Positions 49,243-63,462 of a stretch of DNA of 64,000 nucleotides are shown here, in pieces (within the stretch, counting starts at the first letter, position 1; the number at the start of each line of letters is the position of its first letter). The position numbers and the translations under genes were made by a program. The DNA comes from Cystobasidiomycetes sp. EMM_F5. Lineage: Eukaryota. The stretch lies in assembly GCA_051047955.1 (NCBI GenBank), contig JBPGPT010000002.1, positions 310,001 through 374,000 of the forward strand. The letters run 5' to 3'. Under the pieces are notes generated by a model. That model had not been told where the DNA came from and made no database searches. It was given only the letters and a program-made list of their open reading frames with translations.

Positions 49243-51482
49243 TTATTGCACGATATGCGAACGCATGGGTATAGCGACTGCTTGTACATCATCAAAAGTC
49301 GCTTCATGCCGCCGCCCCCGAAAGGTGTAGTGCACAACAAGCTTCTTTTTGCTGCCGGGAAGGATATCGTAGAATCCTATAAGGTGGCTTTTGCTTCTTC
49401 CACCGGGGATCGTGAGTGAGCTGTCTCTGCTAAATGCATTCCTACCCCTCGCACTTGTGGCGCTGGTGACTAACGCCTGCAACACCACGGTAACGTTCAA
49501 AAGTGATTGCTCAGCTTCCTCATCGGTGACATAAGAGCCAGTACCTTGATATACCGCATCCAGTATGACAAGGCCACCCTTTTCTTCCTCTGTTATCCGT
49601 TTGCGCTCGGCTTGTTCCCTCATCACCTCCATGGCGCTCAGTGCTGCTGAGCGACGTGACGCAGTTGTATCACGCAGCTCGTCCCGCAGGTCACGCAACC
49701 TCCTTGCTATACGCCGACGGCGCACTGGTTCCAAATAGTAATGCTGCAAGGCGGCTATACTGATACCCGGCACTGCGACCGCACATATCGCCGCCGTGGG
49801 CGAGGCCGCTTGAGACAAGAGTATCGGAACCGACAACCGCTGCCCGAGACGATTCACTCGAATGCGCAATGTCAGACTCCCTCTGCCAGGCGCGTATCCA
49901 ACGCCTACTCCAAAGGACGTATTGTCTGTGATGCGGCGATCAGTTGTGATGCCAAAGGTAGCATTGCCGCTTGTGTCAAGTGCAGAGCTGAGGGACAACT
50001 TCCAACCGTTGCGTCGACTGCCGAAGACTCGCATGCCACCATAGTTCACTGAAGCCTGGCCTTGTAGAAACTGATCGGTAGCGACATCGACTGACCATCG
50101 AGGCGTAGCCAAGCCTGCGGTGATAGTCGACGGCGAGCCAGCAAACGGAGCGGACGGGGAGCCCTTGAGTATGTGCAATATAGAATAACTGCTTCCTGTA
50201 TTCAACCCGACCGCTGCCGTCATATTAGGCCGAACTTGAGTATTGAATTTGATATTAATTGCTGGAGGCGCCGATAATGTTCTGGCAGCGCAATCCACCT
50301 GAATCGATGTCTCAGGCGCAAGAATGTACGCAGCTTTCGCTGATACAGTTCTAGGATGCAGCAGATTTCCCCCTACCTGCCATGCCAAACTGTGAGTCAT
50401 TCTAAATGCACGCCAGTGACATACTTACTTCAAAAGCCAACTTTGTGTTGTATTGGTGCTTCAGCATTGCTGTAAAATTGCCACCCCCTCTGCCCCGCAA
50501 AGCCGCCATATGACCAGAGTAGATTATCGAAGTAGAAGGTGACAAAACCGATGCCGTTGATGTACGCATCGTTAGCTGCCGGACAGAAGCTGAGGAGATG
50601 GACGAAATTTGCGACAAGACAGATGTAGATTGATCGAAGCCTGCTGACGCATCGAACGATATCCCAACCTCTGTCTAATCGACATCTTGCTCAGTTTAGG
50701 CATCGTATAAGAACGCGTGGTACACATACTCTGGAACGAATGAGATTCTCGATATCAATTTGGGCTCGCTTGTATTGTGCCTCTTCGAATTCCGCACGTA
50801 GCTATTGTGCGTGGTCAGCACTGCATTTTCAGGTCATTTGCTGCAATCTACCTCAGCGGAAGATTTGAGCTTCGGCCCGACTTCCCAATTAGCCTTCAGA
50901 CCTTCTTCGCCTGCGGTGTCGTACATGGCTCGCTGACGTGGATCTTTAAGGACTGCATGGAAGCGATCTCAAAGTCAGAATTGCGCTGCTTCTCACTATG
51001 TGCGACACACATACTTTCGTACGCATGCTGTATACGGGCGAAGCTCTCTTCGGCAGCTGCCTTGAGACTGGGATCGTTATGTTTGTCTGGACTTTCGGAA
51101 CCATCAATATGTTTTCCGGAAGAGGTGCACACCACTGCATTGCCTACTGGAACAAGACTGCCAGCGTTCGATAGCTCTTCAGAACATCTTCTGTCCGCGC
51201 GTCTTTCTCCAGATTCAAAATGCCGTAAAGCTCAGTGTGCTGGTCTTCGTTGTCGTTTACATTCGAGGACGGCGCCTGCCTGCTGCCAGCATGGTTTGAC
51301 GAGCTTTGCGGACTGCCGTCAACACCATTCGAGCTCTGCCAGCTAGCGGGCTCAAACAGCCTGTCTCGCCAGCTGCTGCTATCGCGCTTGCCGTCGGTAA
51401 AGACTGGCTCTTCGACATCGTCGTCGTCATCGTTTTGAGCCGATGAACCAGCGAATCGCTCGTCTTCAGCAAGCTCCGCCAT
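49243..51482 (-). CDS. DnaJ homolog of the DNAJC11 type (J-domain plus DUF3395-like C-terminus), multi-exon
   Basis: LYGILNL...YRTLAVLF|HPDKH, with the HPD codon split by an intron, and FARIQHAYE. C-terminus RLGQRLSVPILL...GGLVILDAVY...VTVVLQALV...SKSHLIGFYD...KKLVVHYTFRGRRHE. Confidence 0.9.
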
Positions 51483-51614
51483 AGATTCTCAGTCAGTAAC
51501 GCCGCAACGCAGTTCTCGTCTGGTCATGATATCATGCCTTTTCGCTGAAGCGATTGCCTGTTGGAAGAGCCCGACTTCTGAGCGGCGAATCAACAACATA
51601 TAATATACATTAGG

Positions 51615-54420
51615 CTAGCTTGTGCTAGTGCTCTGCTGCCGCGCATTCTCGCACATGCTCCGTAACCCAACTCTGTTTTCTGACCACCACTGTAAAGCTG
51701 CCCTCGTTGCGTGCCGGTCGTGTCGGATGCTGTGATCCAGTAAAAGGAACCATTTCGAGTATACGATATCCGTGTCAAGAATCGCCATCTCGCGAACGAG
51801 GTCCTTAACAACATTCATGGCGAGCGCTTGCGTTTCAGGTTCAGCGATTAATCTGGCAATCCAGTGTACAAGAGATTGGGCCAGCTTGTCTTGCAGATGT
51901 TTCGGTTGAAATACCAAACGAAATTCGTATGCTGGCTTCAATTCCACCTGCGCATGCCTTCTTTTGAGAGCGGCCGGCTGCAAGATCTGCGACTTTGACG
52001 TATGGAGACGGTGTTGTCGCCAGGCTCGTAGCGTCTCGAGAGCGTACGACATGCATTGCCATTCGTTAAAGACTGTTGACTGGTCGCGAGCATCACTCAT
52101 CACGCCCATATTCGGACTGAAGGCCGCAAATATCACCCTCCTGACGATGCGATAGCCGACACTGTATCCGCCCAAGATTTTAAGGGTATCGCGAACGGTA
52201 TCGTTAGCACGGATCACATTGCCGGCTGAAAGCTGTAACGAAACTAGTCGGACTTGGCTGGACTCCTGTAGAACGTTGAGAAACTCAACAGTCGAGGGCT
52301 GAAGACTTTGCGAGAGACCAATATCGTTTAATTGGCTGCGTACACTTGCAAGCATGCTGATCAGAGTCTGGTAGGCCTGAACAGCTTGAGTCTCTTCCCG
52401 CCGAGAAATATGCTGGCGAAATTGGAGATCCAGCTCAGTCAGGGTCGCTTTGAGCGCGCCGATGTCTATACTCGTTGAAACTGATGGTGCATCAGAAGCC
52501 ACTACAGCCATTGCGTCGAAAGACCTGGTCTCATAGCTGGGCTGCCACGGTATCTGTTCCGACATGTGAAGAGCCTGTGTGTGCAGGTGTAATTCGCAAC
52601 TTCGCATAGCAGCATCGACGATGCTTGGCAGAGTTTGGCCTGCGGACGATGTTTTGTCTAGGTTGTTGAAGCTCTGGAGAGCCAATTCTTGAATTGCGAC
52701 AAACATTCCGCAAGACGCGGCGAAGCCTAATTGCATTTTTGGGATGCTCCGGAAGACTGTCGCAAGAAAGTAGACATCGGGATGTATTTTACGCCGAAGC
52801 ATAGCTTTCAACAGCTCCAGTATCTCTTGCAGGGCGACACGAGCTGAAATTCAAATCAGTCCTTAGGCTTCTGTCAATGAGGTCAGGCAGCGCACGTTGT
52901 AAGCCTGCACCGCTTGATAGAACAGCCTGCCATTTTCGCTGCAACAAGCGAACACTCTGTTCGCTGATAGACGACCCATTCAGCAGGCCCGCGGCTACCT
53001 CGCTGTGTCCTTTTATCAAGAACAGACCGCTCAAATCAAAGAGCAACCCTTGAGTGAGCTTGCCGTTGTGCCAATCGTGTGAGTCTGTTGTATGACTGGT
53101 ACAGTCGATGATTGTTGTATAGATCTCACGAGAGAGATGCATCATCCTCGCGCGCAAAGCCTCGCGGAACAGCTTGAGCATGTCGAGTATCGAGGCAGAC
53201 GGCTTCTGCGTGCTGGGTACCGTCGCATACCTGTCGCGCCATGCTTGTGCACACTGCCTTTCATACTCGGCTAAGTAGAAACGTGTATTTGCTACTGCAA
53301 GACGAGCGGGCCCATCGATTGCCAATCCGATTACCAGTAACCACTGTTGCTCGCCGTCTGTCGTGCTATCTCGTGACGAGGTTGTGAGCAGAGCAATCAT
53401 TGCCGACCTCAGGGCGCCAACAGCCCACGTCTCCCGTACGACATGCTCTTCGGCCACAAGCTCCACCAGATATTGCACAAGAGCGGTAGCATCATGTAGC
53501 TGGTGCGAGTCGACCATTGATCGAACGGAGTGTGCTACCCTCTGGGTGAATCGAGAGTACGCAACGTGTCTTTGGCCAGCAGCCTCTGAATATGAACTGA
53601 TGTGCAATTGCCAAAGAGGAATCTCTACTGCAAGTGGTACAGCTGTTTGGAGGTGTGAGACCTGTTTGGCGCGAAGGGTGGTAAGGTATCGCACCAGGCG
53701 CCGGGACTGCTCAGTTTCACATCGCAAACATCGTGAAAGCTGAAATTGAAGATCCTCGAGGATTTTGTGAGGCGTAGTTGGTAACACCTGAGCGATTACC
53801 AGAGGTACAAGCTCTTCCGCTATGTTCTTGACGAGTTTCCTTGACATGTGCGAAGGGATCGGATGATGGGTTTTATCCATCGATGCCGAGAGGGCTAGTC
53901 TCTGCAGGTTCATAGTGGCTGTCTCTACCAGATCTCCACGCTGCACATTTCGCCGCTCGTCTCCGTTTGACGAAGTTGTTGTCCTTTTCCTGCCTGAACC
54001 TTTTCTCCGAAAGAAATTGTGGTCATTGCCAGGTCTACTGTAAGCTATGCTAGAAGAGCCTTGAGAGCGGGAGGGTGCTGGAAATTGAGCGCAGAATGGG
54101 GGCGTAGGAGCATCGCGCTTTGTAGGCGCAACGCTTTTATCACAGACGCTCGGGGCAAAGTCGCGCACGGTCGCAGGGGCCTCCGGATGGGCATCAGGTA
54201 TGATTCTGGTTGAATAGCTCGTGTGAACCTGTCGAACATGGCGTGGATTGCGTCGGGCGTTGTTTGCTTCAATTTCCGCCGCCCATACAGGTGCGAGGAA
54301 TGGCAAGAGCACGGCTGCTTCTGCGGTGAGCGTGGATGTCGCAAAGAATCGCTGTGACTGTCTTGTCGCTCTGATAGCCTTACATTGACCAGTAAATTTG
54401 GTCGAGACGGCTCTGAGCAT
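51615..54420 (-). CDS. ~918-aa helical protein with a mitochondrial-type presequence (possibly degenerate PPR); one 52-nt intron 52895..52844
   Basis: ORFs 52789-54438 and 51615-52811 join in frame through GTGCGC...CTGAT...TTTCAG. N-terminus MLRAVSTKFTGQCKAIRATRQSQRFFATS is Arg/Ser/Thr-rich. One PPR-like patch: LQEILELLKAMLRRKIHPDVYFLATVF. Confidence 0.7.
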
Positions 54421-54636
54421 AATCGTGACAACCGACACTGCAACAATATCGTCAGGTCTACAATCAACGGCTTCTTCAGTTGCCCACCTCTAGCTCCACC
54501 AGCATTTCATGCGGCGTGGTGAGGTATGTCTAGGATCTGGCAGAGTTGCTTTGCAGCGTTTGTCGTGGACACAAGCTGGAAATCATGGCTGTGAGGCTTC
54601 TTCTTTTGACAAATCAAGTATATCCCGAGTTTCAGG

Positions 54637-55435
54637 ATGGCAGCTCTCAACTATGCACGAGCGATGAGCAACATGGTGGATATACGAGCTTTGACTGGAT
54701 CGCTGTTCTCGTCTGATGGCTTGCTGGTCATTGTGTTTCCAGGCCCGACATTGCGGTAGTCCGTCATTGGTTGCTACGTTTGGCGCGCAAAGACTGGCTT
54801 CATCCCCTAGAGTGGTGCGATATCTGAGCACGCAAACCAAGGGAATAATTCAAAAGGTAGAGCTCAGGCAGATTGATATTTGCTTTCCATTCTGCAACTG
54901 ACGCGGTCATCCTTGCCACTGGTAGGCGGTCGATTCGGACCCTTTAGTTATCTTTATGAAGGGCACTCCAATGGTCCCACAATGCGGATTCAGTCGAGCA
55001 GTCTGTCAGATCATGGAGGTTCAAGTGAGTGCGGATTTCAAAGACGTCCGTGTACACATTCTAACGTCTAAAATTGGTAGGGTGTACCGAAGGAAAAGAT
55101 GCAAACGTACAATTGCTTGGAGGACGAAGATCTGCGCCAAGGTGTGAAGGAATTCTCGTGAGTAGATGACATCGTACTGGTCGCTGCATGCTTGTGTTGA
55201 CTAAGCCTCCGTTAAGCGATTGGCCTACAATCCCTCAAGTATACCTGAAGGGCGAATTCTTGGGCGGATGCGATATTATTCTCGGCATGCACCAATCCGG
55301 AGAACTCACTACCGTAAGTATTGGGGTACAGGTAATTCAAAGTAATACGTATTGATGCATATTTCGCAGCTGTTGCAAGAGAACGGCATTGTGCCGAAAG
55401 ATCAAGCAGCTCCCACTGATGCGGGCGCCAGCTAG
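54637..55435 (+). CDS. GRX5: Mitochondrial monothiol glutaredoxin (CGFS type), 6 exons
   Basis: [63 protein letters not shown], with a presequence-like N-terminus. Confidence 0.96.
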
Positions 55436-55548
55436 ATGCCTACTTATCTGTACTGATATACACATCTTGATTTGCACTAATTGCACATTGCGGACTAGTC
55501 ATGATGGCTTGCCACTTGTTGCCTGGCTGTGCGAATCTAGCTGATCAC

Positions 55549-57071
55549 TTACAGAGCGCCCTCAACTTGTTTTGACTGGGACACCGTGTTATTGATGTGA
55601 GAAGTGCTGTTCCGAAGCCCGTCGATGGCTAAAATTCCTTCTATTTCGCGATGAGGAGAGCTGCTCCCTTCCTCTCTCTCGTCTGGACCAATCTGTGCAG
55701 TAGACATCCATTCCATATAAGACGCCCTCGCAATTGCAGAAGATTCACTGACATTTTCTTCGGCATAGAGAGCGAGCTGCTCGCCCAGCGCGTTATCGAG
55801 GCCTTTGTAGTAGCCAATCTCCCTGTTGAGGACGACAGCCGAAAGCTCTGGCCAGGCTGCGTTGAGCGGAGATAGTGCTTCCGTCATAAAGTTCTTCTCG
55901 CTTATATCCTGGGCATATGCGGCTAATGCCGTTTTTGCTAACTCGTCTAGTCCGAGGAGGTGCGCAACCCGATAGACGGAGCGTGATGACGCTTTCTTTC
56001 GCGATCTGCTGTATACGCTTCGTATACCTCTGAAAGAGTAGGATCCTTTGCGAAGATACTCAAACACAGCTTTCCACGCCAGCGAAGAGGATGCTTCCCG
56101 GTGTCTGACCAAGACGCGCCGGTTCCGGAAGTCGCTCCGCGCAGGAATTCGCTTAGCGGGCGCTTCGTCTTCATCAGCGCTTGCTTCCGAATCTTGTGAT
56201 TGTCTCCATCGCGGTCGACGCCGCTGTATTAGATCCTGAATACGCCACCTGATTGAGGCATCGTAGTCGGCGAGGTCCGCGTCGTGAGCACACCATTCAT
56301 TCATCACCTGCTTGGAAACCCATAATGCGCGGAAGTAGTCGCTTTGTCGTACACAATCTGACGCGTGTCTGCTGAGACTGACACCCTTGCCCTCCTCGAA
56401 GAAGAGTAAAATGATCTCTGTGTCTTGTGCAACATGGATGACGTCTGCGGACAGTGCCTTCTTTAACCTTCCTTTTGCCTATCGCTGAACAATGTTGGTG
56501 CAGAACAAAATGACTTACCGCTGATAGTCGGGATACTGATGCGCACCGTCAAGCCGACTTCAATTCGCATACCGTACTCTTCCCTCGCCCATACCCCATT
56601 CATGCGGTCGTGTGTGCACATGACTTTTCGACTGGAGTCGAGAAGGGCCCACACGAAATTGGGGGCGGAAACACCATGGCATGCCACAAAACCGGGACCT
56701 AGACCTGAACGGGCGTAAGGGCCTGCTGGAGTCGTCGATTTATCGACGCTCAGTACTATCTCGGATCCCCCTCCCATCACCTTCACGTATGCAGTGCTGT
56801 AGCTGGCCTGAAGAAGGGCATCACATTCGGAAAAATCGATATGGAGAAAATGGTCCGCTTTCCAGCTTGCAGTATACTGCGGGTCGACTAAATGCAGACC
56901 GACCCTCGATATTCGAGCAGCTCGATGAGCCAAGTCGGCCGCGTCTGCCAGATTGACGACGGGCAGCATGGCCACCCGTACCCATTGATGAAGCTTACCG
57001 AGCCCCCATGTCGCCTGCAGCGCTGGTGGCCAAGGACATGCAAACACTACGGTCGATGTGATCACCGTCAT
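55549..57071 (-). CDS. Divergent BTB/POZ-like protein, paralog 1; 2 exons
   Basis: Exon 2 contains IILLFFEE...RQSDYFRALW...SSLAWKAVFEYL...ASSRSVYRVAHLLGLDELAKTALAAY...ISEKNFMTE, a pattern recalling fungal BTB families (SxYF; SxKSVYRLAH). Exon 1 encodes an unrecognised ~185-aa domain. Confidence 0.65.
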
Positions 57072-57427
57072 TGCGGGACATTCGAGGGGTTTTATGCACA
57101 GCAGGCAAGGGGCTGAATCCTAGCATGGCTCTAGGCGAAATCTGAGCACCAAAAGCTGACTGTACAACTGACTCACTGGACACTTTCTAAGGGCAGAACA
57201 GTACTACCGTCAGGGTTGTTTCACGTCGCACGTAGCATTGCAGCAATTCCAGATACTGTCTTAGATTCATTGAAAGTGACATTGTTGGATTCGCTCTTGC
57301 CACCGCCTGCGTCTGCTGTAGTCTGTTCGGAATATACAGTAGTCGTCGTTGCTCATTTCAAAACATCAAGAAAGCGCATAGCATCGTACGTTTTCAGTGA
57401 CGACGAATGGCTGAAGGTGATATTCCG

Positions 57428-58771
57428 TCACTGCAAATCCGCATCGGGTTCTAGCAAGCTTGACGACTTCATAACACTCATGTTGGCTGTGCTGAAGGCC
57501 GAATCGTGCTCGTAGTGTGTTAGCTGATCTTGCAGCACGTTATCGTCATCGGTGAGATCGTCAGTCCTCATCACCGCGTCCCTCAATTCTGGCCATGCAC
57601 TGCTTGCATGATGTAGTACTTCTTGCATGAAGTTGCGCGATGAGATTTGTCTAGCGTACGCGTTCAGTGCTCTTTGCGCCAACTGCTCCAACCCGAGCAG
57701 ATGAGCCACTCTGTAGACAGATCGCGGTGAGGCTTTCTTGCGAGACCGTCCGAATGCACTGCTTCGTATCCCGCGAAACGGATAGCTATCTTTGCGAAGA
57801 TACTCAAACACAGCTCTCCAAGCGAGCGATGATGAATACGGCATAATCCAGTAACGTGTCTCGGAGAAATTAGGCCGCGCAGGTGCAAGTCGCTCCGAAC
57901 CATCCTGAGTGTCATCGTCTGCTTCCGAATCATCACGTATTCTGGTGCGACGCGGGTTTTCTCGTGCCCTGACATGCTGCATGTGATGCTTGATGGAAGC
58001 GTCATAATCTTTCAGCGGCGTTACATGGGGTCCCCAACGTCCAGGTGTGAACTTTGTGACCCAAAGCGCTCGGAAGTAGTCTGAAACGCGGGCGATATCG
58101 TTGGCGAAGCGAGGCAGGCAGACACCGCGCTTTCCCTCGAAGCAGAACATCAAGAGTACTTCCGCGTTTGCTACATCATGCAGCGATGCTATTGGCGGAA
58201 GCCCTTAGCAGTGACTCTATGTTGATTAATTCTACGCACCAAGGGATGGTTTGCGTATTGAGACTTCGATGATGATTTCGATTCGCATACAGTATTCCGC
58301 CTGATCTTCGAGGCTAGCCCCACATGACTGTGCAGCTGCCAAGCTGGAGGCCATGATGGTCCAAAGATTGTTGACGCAAGGCGGAAGCGCATACAAACCG
58401 CAACTGGCAGGCCCACGTCGCATCTGCGGCTTTAGCGTGTCTGGACAGCTATTCACCGGTACTGCGACTGAGACGCCGGCTCCCTCTACCTTTAATGTAG
58501 CGCGGATAAGGTTGCCCTGCAACAGCGGATCGAGATCGCGATAGTCGACATGTACGCTATTATCGACACACCATTTCTGGCTTTGGGAAGGACTTGCGAT
58601 GTGGAGCGCGACGGCAGTGTTGCGTGCAGCACGATCTGCCAAGCAGGTACCAGCATTTGCATTAGGCACATGGTGCAGTTCGGACCTCATGCATTCCGCC
58701 AGAATTCCAGGGCGCATTTGCGGCCAAGTCCTGGCGAAACGTACAGTGGTTTGTAAAATTTCGTCTGCCAT
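57428..58771 (-). CDS. Divergent BTB/POZ-like protein, paralog 2; 2 exons
   Basis: Colinear with paralog 1: LADRAAR..VALH in exon 1; RVSDYFRALW, SSLAWRAVFEYLRK and ASPRSVYRVAHLLGLEQLA in exon 2. The intron is at an equivalent position. Confidence 0.65.
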
Positions 58772-59159
58772 TGATAAATGCCGGCGTATGCGTCGAGAAT
58801 TTGCAGGTGGAAGGGAGACACAGCTGCGCGAATAGCATTCTGTCGCAGATTCATTCTGTGGGCTTCTTCACCGTCGAACAGTCATACTCGACCGCATCGG
58901 CGGCGAGACCGTCAGTGTTCATAGTGATAATGTGCTCACGTATGTGGCCTCTGTGTAGCTGTATTAGTATGGCGGAGGATGGTCGTAGCGTAGTGTAGCC
59001 ATCAGTAAGGATGATAATCTCAGCAGGAGCGGGCTGTTACTGCCGTCGCAAAATTAGCCGGGTTCGAGACGAATTCTACAGGGTCAAAGGAAGTGCAATT
59101 GCAGGAAAGTACGCAGCTACGATGACAACGTCAAGCCGGGTACGTATGAGAGTACCTGC

Positions 59160-60445
59160 TCAAGGAGCCAACAAGTTGGACTTGAATGCCTCGCCAGCGG
59201 AGAGTTTCTTCTCCTTGCGCTCAGCCTCGGCAGCCTTGGTCTTCTTTTCGATGTTGGCCTTCTCTTGCGCCTTGTAGGCCTTAGCGTAAGGGTTCAAGCG
59301 GAAGAGGACGGCCTGGTTCTTGAGCGGGTTCTTCTTCTGGGTATATGGTCGCTTGACACGAGCAGCGCCTGCTGTCCGCACAACAGATTGCACTTCGGTA
59401 GAGTTGATGATGCGGGAGATGTCGGTGTTGGCAATCTTTGCAGTTGGGAGACTAGCGAGCAATGTTCGTCAGCAGGGTTAACAGACTTTACAAGTTGAGC
59501 CTTACAGGTAATCTTTCTTGACCTCGGATGGGGTGTCCTTGGTGCCAAAGACTGAATCCAGCAGCTTAAATGCACCCTCAGTCCAGATAACAAATCGGCC
59601 CAAGTGTCCACCTGGCGCGAGTTGGAGGAGGTTCAAGCGGTGAACGCTGGCGAGCTCGACGCCTGGGATGTTGCGGAAAGCCTTGGTGATGCCATTGTCC
59701 TCAGCGTAGACTACAAGAGGTCCACGGCGCTGTACGTGACGGCGTCCTCGAGATTTGCCACGTCCGGCACGGGTCTTTTTCGAGTTGGCGACCTTGGTGA
59801 TGTCTGCGTGTGCCTTGACGGCTTGCAACAATGCGACAGCTGCCTTGGTCTTTGCAATTGACTCTACTGCGCTTCCGAGAACAAGGGGAACTTCGTTGAT
59901 CTCCTCTACACGGTGACCGCGAGCCAAAACGAGCGAGGTGACACCTGTAGCGGCGACGGCGGAAGCGGTCGCGTATCTGCGCTGGTTCTGGTTGACCTTG
60001 ATGTGCCACTTGCGCCAGATCTTTGTCGGGGCGAACATCCGTCCACCTCTGCACATGTTTCCGAAGGCGGCTTGGCCTGAACGAGAAGTACCGCCTCCAC
60101 CGACACGGGGTATACGAGCAACAGCGCGACCGGTACCCCAGGACTCTGCGGATGTGCCATGTCCAGCATTCTCAGCTACGGCGTATGGCTGTTCCGAAGT
60201 GCATTTTAGCTGGAGTTTCTGCAAATGCTGGACCAGCTTTCAAACCGACCTGACGTTTGTTCTTTGCGATGCTCTTGTACACGCCGTGCACTACATCTGT
60301 GCGGATTGGCGCAGAGAATACTGCTGGGAGCGGGATGCTCGAAGAGCCCTCTCCCTTCTCGTTGAAGATTTGTACGGTCTGCGAGCGGAGGTCAGCTTTC
60401 TGAGCATACGTACTGACATAGCAGACGTACAGGACGGGTCGCCAT
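59160..60445 (-). CDS. RPL4: 60S ribosomal protein uL4, 4 exons
   Basis: MATRP|TVQIF...[12 protein letters not shown]...KNKRQ|PYAV...[21 protein letters not shown]...[15 protein letters not shown]...[19 protein letters not shown]...KKNPLKN. Confidence 0.99.
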
Positions 60446-60664
60446 TGTTGCAGCGGTTGATTGCAGGCTTCTCAGCGGGTTAGTCCTTAGAATTGTCCTC
60501 GCAGGAAAGTCGCGAAATTTTGATCGAAGCGGGAAAATCACAAAATTGGAAGGAAGGCAAGCGGAGAAAGCTGAAAGTGCATGCTTCACTTGTCCTGATC
60601 ATCAAGTGTTCGTCTCATTGATGCTCAACTACTGCGACAACGTTCACTACTCATCACATGCAAA

Positions 60665-63062
60665 TTATTCGTAAAAGTCTAACGTGAAGAGGAAACTGAC
60701 TAGATGATTTGAGCGGGGTTGTCCTTGTTGAGAACAATGGTTGACTGCGACATTGCAAGAGCGGGATCTGCTTCTTCAGTACGCTTCTTTGCTATGCGCA
60801 CAATATCTGGCCAGTCGATTCTGTGAAATAAACTCAGCCTCCATCGGTGCCTAAGAATACGCAGCAAACTGACTTGTAGATGACAATACTAGCGACGACT
60901 GCCGTAAATGTCAACGCAATAGCTAAGACAGGCGTGTCAGACGAAAGTAGAATGCTGTATTGCACTTGCACCCACTAAGTCCAGTCCAGAGTCCGTATAG
61001 CTGCCATTGCAGCTTAGAAAAGGTAAGAGCTAGTCCAATCGGCAGGCCGATAATCCAGTATGCTACTATATTGATCTGCGCAGCAAGAGTTGCGAGTCCA
61101 GTTCCTCGCAAGAGACCCATGCATGCTCCGGTAATACCATCCGTAAGCTGGAACAACCCAACCAGCGGAATGACATCCGAAACAATCTGGACTACCTTTT
61201 CGTCGCTGCTAAACAGGCGTCCCCAGTTCTTCTTGAGGACGAGCAACAGAGATGAGTTGAGCACACCGATGATTACGCTTAGAATCCAGGCCATCTTGGC
61301 CGACTCTCGAGCGGCGTATGGCAGACGCGCGCCGACGAGATTGCCTACTCGAACGGCAGCCGCAACGCTAAGACCATACGGTAGCTGATAGAGCAGCGAG
61401 GCGCTTGTTCCTAACACAGAGTTTGCACCCAGATTATCCGTGCCTGCAGTGACGTGTTATGTCAGTATCGCGAAAAGGTCAAGCAAGTTGCATTTCTCAC
61501 CTAGATATGCAGACGAAATTCCCACAATCTCCCATGCTACAAAGAAGCGCATACATTAGCACTCGTCAAAACTGAAGTGCTACGAAAGATGTGGTAGATT
61601 GCCTCACCCCACCACTCGGAAGCTACGCTAGCGAAGCCAGCCAGACCGAGCACTATATTCGGACGCAAATCTTTAAACATCGCCCACGTGAAACCGCCCC
61701 ACGCATCCCGTGGAGCGAAAAAGACGCAGTAGATGGTAGAGAAGAGGAACTGAAAGCCTTGTACATTCAGCTCATCGCATGAAGTTTTAGACTTGCAGAA
61801 TGGCATACCATGACATTGAACGAGATAGCAGTGCTCAGGGGTGCTCCTAGGAATCCGATCCGGACTTTGTCGCTGCAGAGGATATGATCAATCGCAAATC
61901 ACATACCACGACTGAACGCTGGCTCACGGTCCCCACACAAGCAGCCAATTTAAGAAGATATTGATGGGTGAGGCAATCATCAAGCTGACTGTCGGTACAG
62001 CCATCAAGCCCTGAGCCTGTAGCCATCGACGACTAATCTCAAAGCCAGCGTAACCGGGGATACCAAAGATGAGGACACGGAGGTACTGCCCTGCCAAGTG
62101 TGCGACTTCTGGATCTTGGCCTAGTGCCAATAAAAGGGATTCGCCGTTCCAGATGACGGCAAAAGCGGGTATGCATACCCAGAATGCGAGGTATGCCGTT
62201 CTGAGCGCGTGTAAACTGGTCGTCTTTGGGCTAGTACTAGCGTACGCTTGACTGCATAGCGTGTCGAGCGCTGCGCACAGACCTTGTATTATGCTCAGTG
62301 CGCATACGTTTGCAGTCATGGACCCCAGAGATGATGCTGCCAGTTGCGCTGTACCGAGATGGCCGACAGAAATGATGGTAGCCAGAAGTAGGGAGTATTC
62401 GAGCAAATGTGTCAAGAAGATGGGAATCGTGTACCATAGTAAAATGACCACTTCCTGCGAGGTATAAAAGTAAGAGAACAAACACCGATACGTGATCGGT
62501 ACAGGCTACACACCTTCTTTGCCCCGCCAGACCCTTGAAAGACCTTTTGAAGCGGTTTCGGTGTCAATGTCGCCGCCACCGACGGCCGCCTGCTCGACAG
62601 CAGGGGCGTGTGTTCTGAAGATGGTACTCCGAGCCTGCTGTTGATGGACAATCGCGACTGTCGTCTTGTATTCGGAGCACTGAGCAGCCCGGACGACGCT
62701 GTACTGCTCGCCAGCGCCTGACGCAGCAGGTTTCGATGCTCGGTTCCCACTACCGAACTCGGCTCGCCGTCGACGTAGCTTTCGGTATCGAGTGCTTCAT
62801 CGTTGTCAAAGTCATCGTCGTCGTCCTCGTCTTCCTCCTCTGTCGGGGTCAGCCGCTCCTCGCCTACGATGAAGCTGTGGAGCGTCGATGGTCGCCTGCT
62901 CCGGCTGCTCTTCCTTCGGTCCTCGAGACGCAGCCTGCGGTTTTCGTGCTCATCGCCAGCTGTGACGCGCTCTTCGCCCTCGATGGCAGTGAAGGCCTGC
63001 ACCAAGAACTGGTCTCGCGGCACAGAGCCCGAGTACGAGGTGCTCAGTCCGGCAAACTGCAT
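60665..63062 (-). CDS. MATE-family (Erc1-like) transporter, multi-exon; 3' end approximate
   Basis: VGHLGTAQLAASSLGSM, GLCAALDTLCSQAY, RWLQAQG, ASEWW|AWE, VRVGNLVGA, LFQLTDG, GLLRGTG, YWIIGLPIG, GLWTGL. Confidence 0.93.
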
Positions 63063-63462
63063 GGTGGGCTGGGAGGGTCCTGTCTTAAATCCAGCAAACG
63101 CAGACCAATTTGAACATTTGTCTTTCAGATTTCTCGCCGCTGCCGGATCGACCACGTGTAGACTATAGACTGCTTTTCAGATGATATTGGTGATATTTGA
63201 CACTGCAAAGCTGAGGGTATACCGCCTTGTCCGCTGATACTGACTGTCTTAGGCTGCCTACTCTTGTTGCTCTCGAGTGACGCGCACTATCGCAGGTTCC
63301 TTTGGTCACGTGCACAGAAACTCGCTCGGACCGAGCTGGGTCGCGATGTGCCAAGAGAGAGACTGTTCGGACAGACGGGCCAGGCTTATATACGGCGCTG
63401 AAGATGGCTGAGATGGTGCACTCTTTATTATTCTTCTCGTACTTTCCACATTCCCCTCCAGT

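Noticed and set aside
52789..52895. Apparent frameshift or pseudogene between the 549-aa and 398-aa ORFs
   Set aside because: Resolved by a canonical 52-nt intron (52895..52844) that restores frame.
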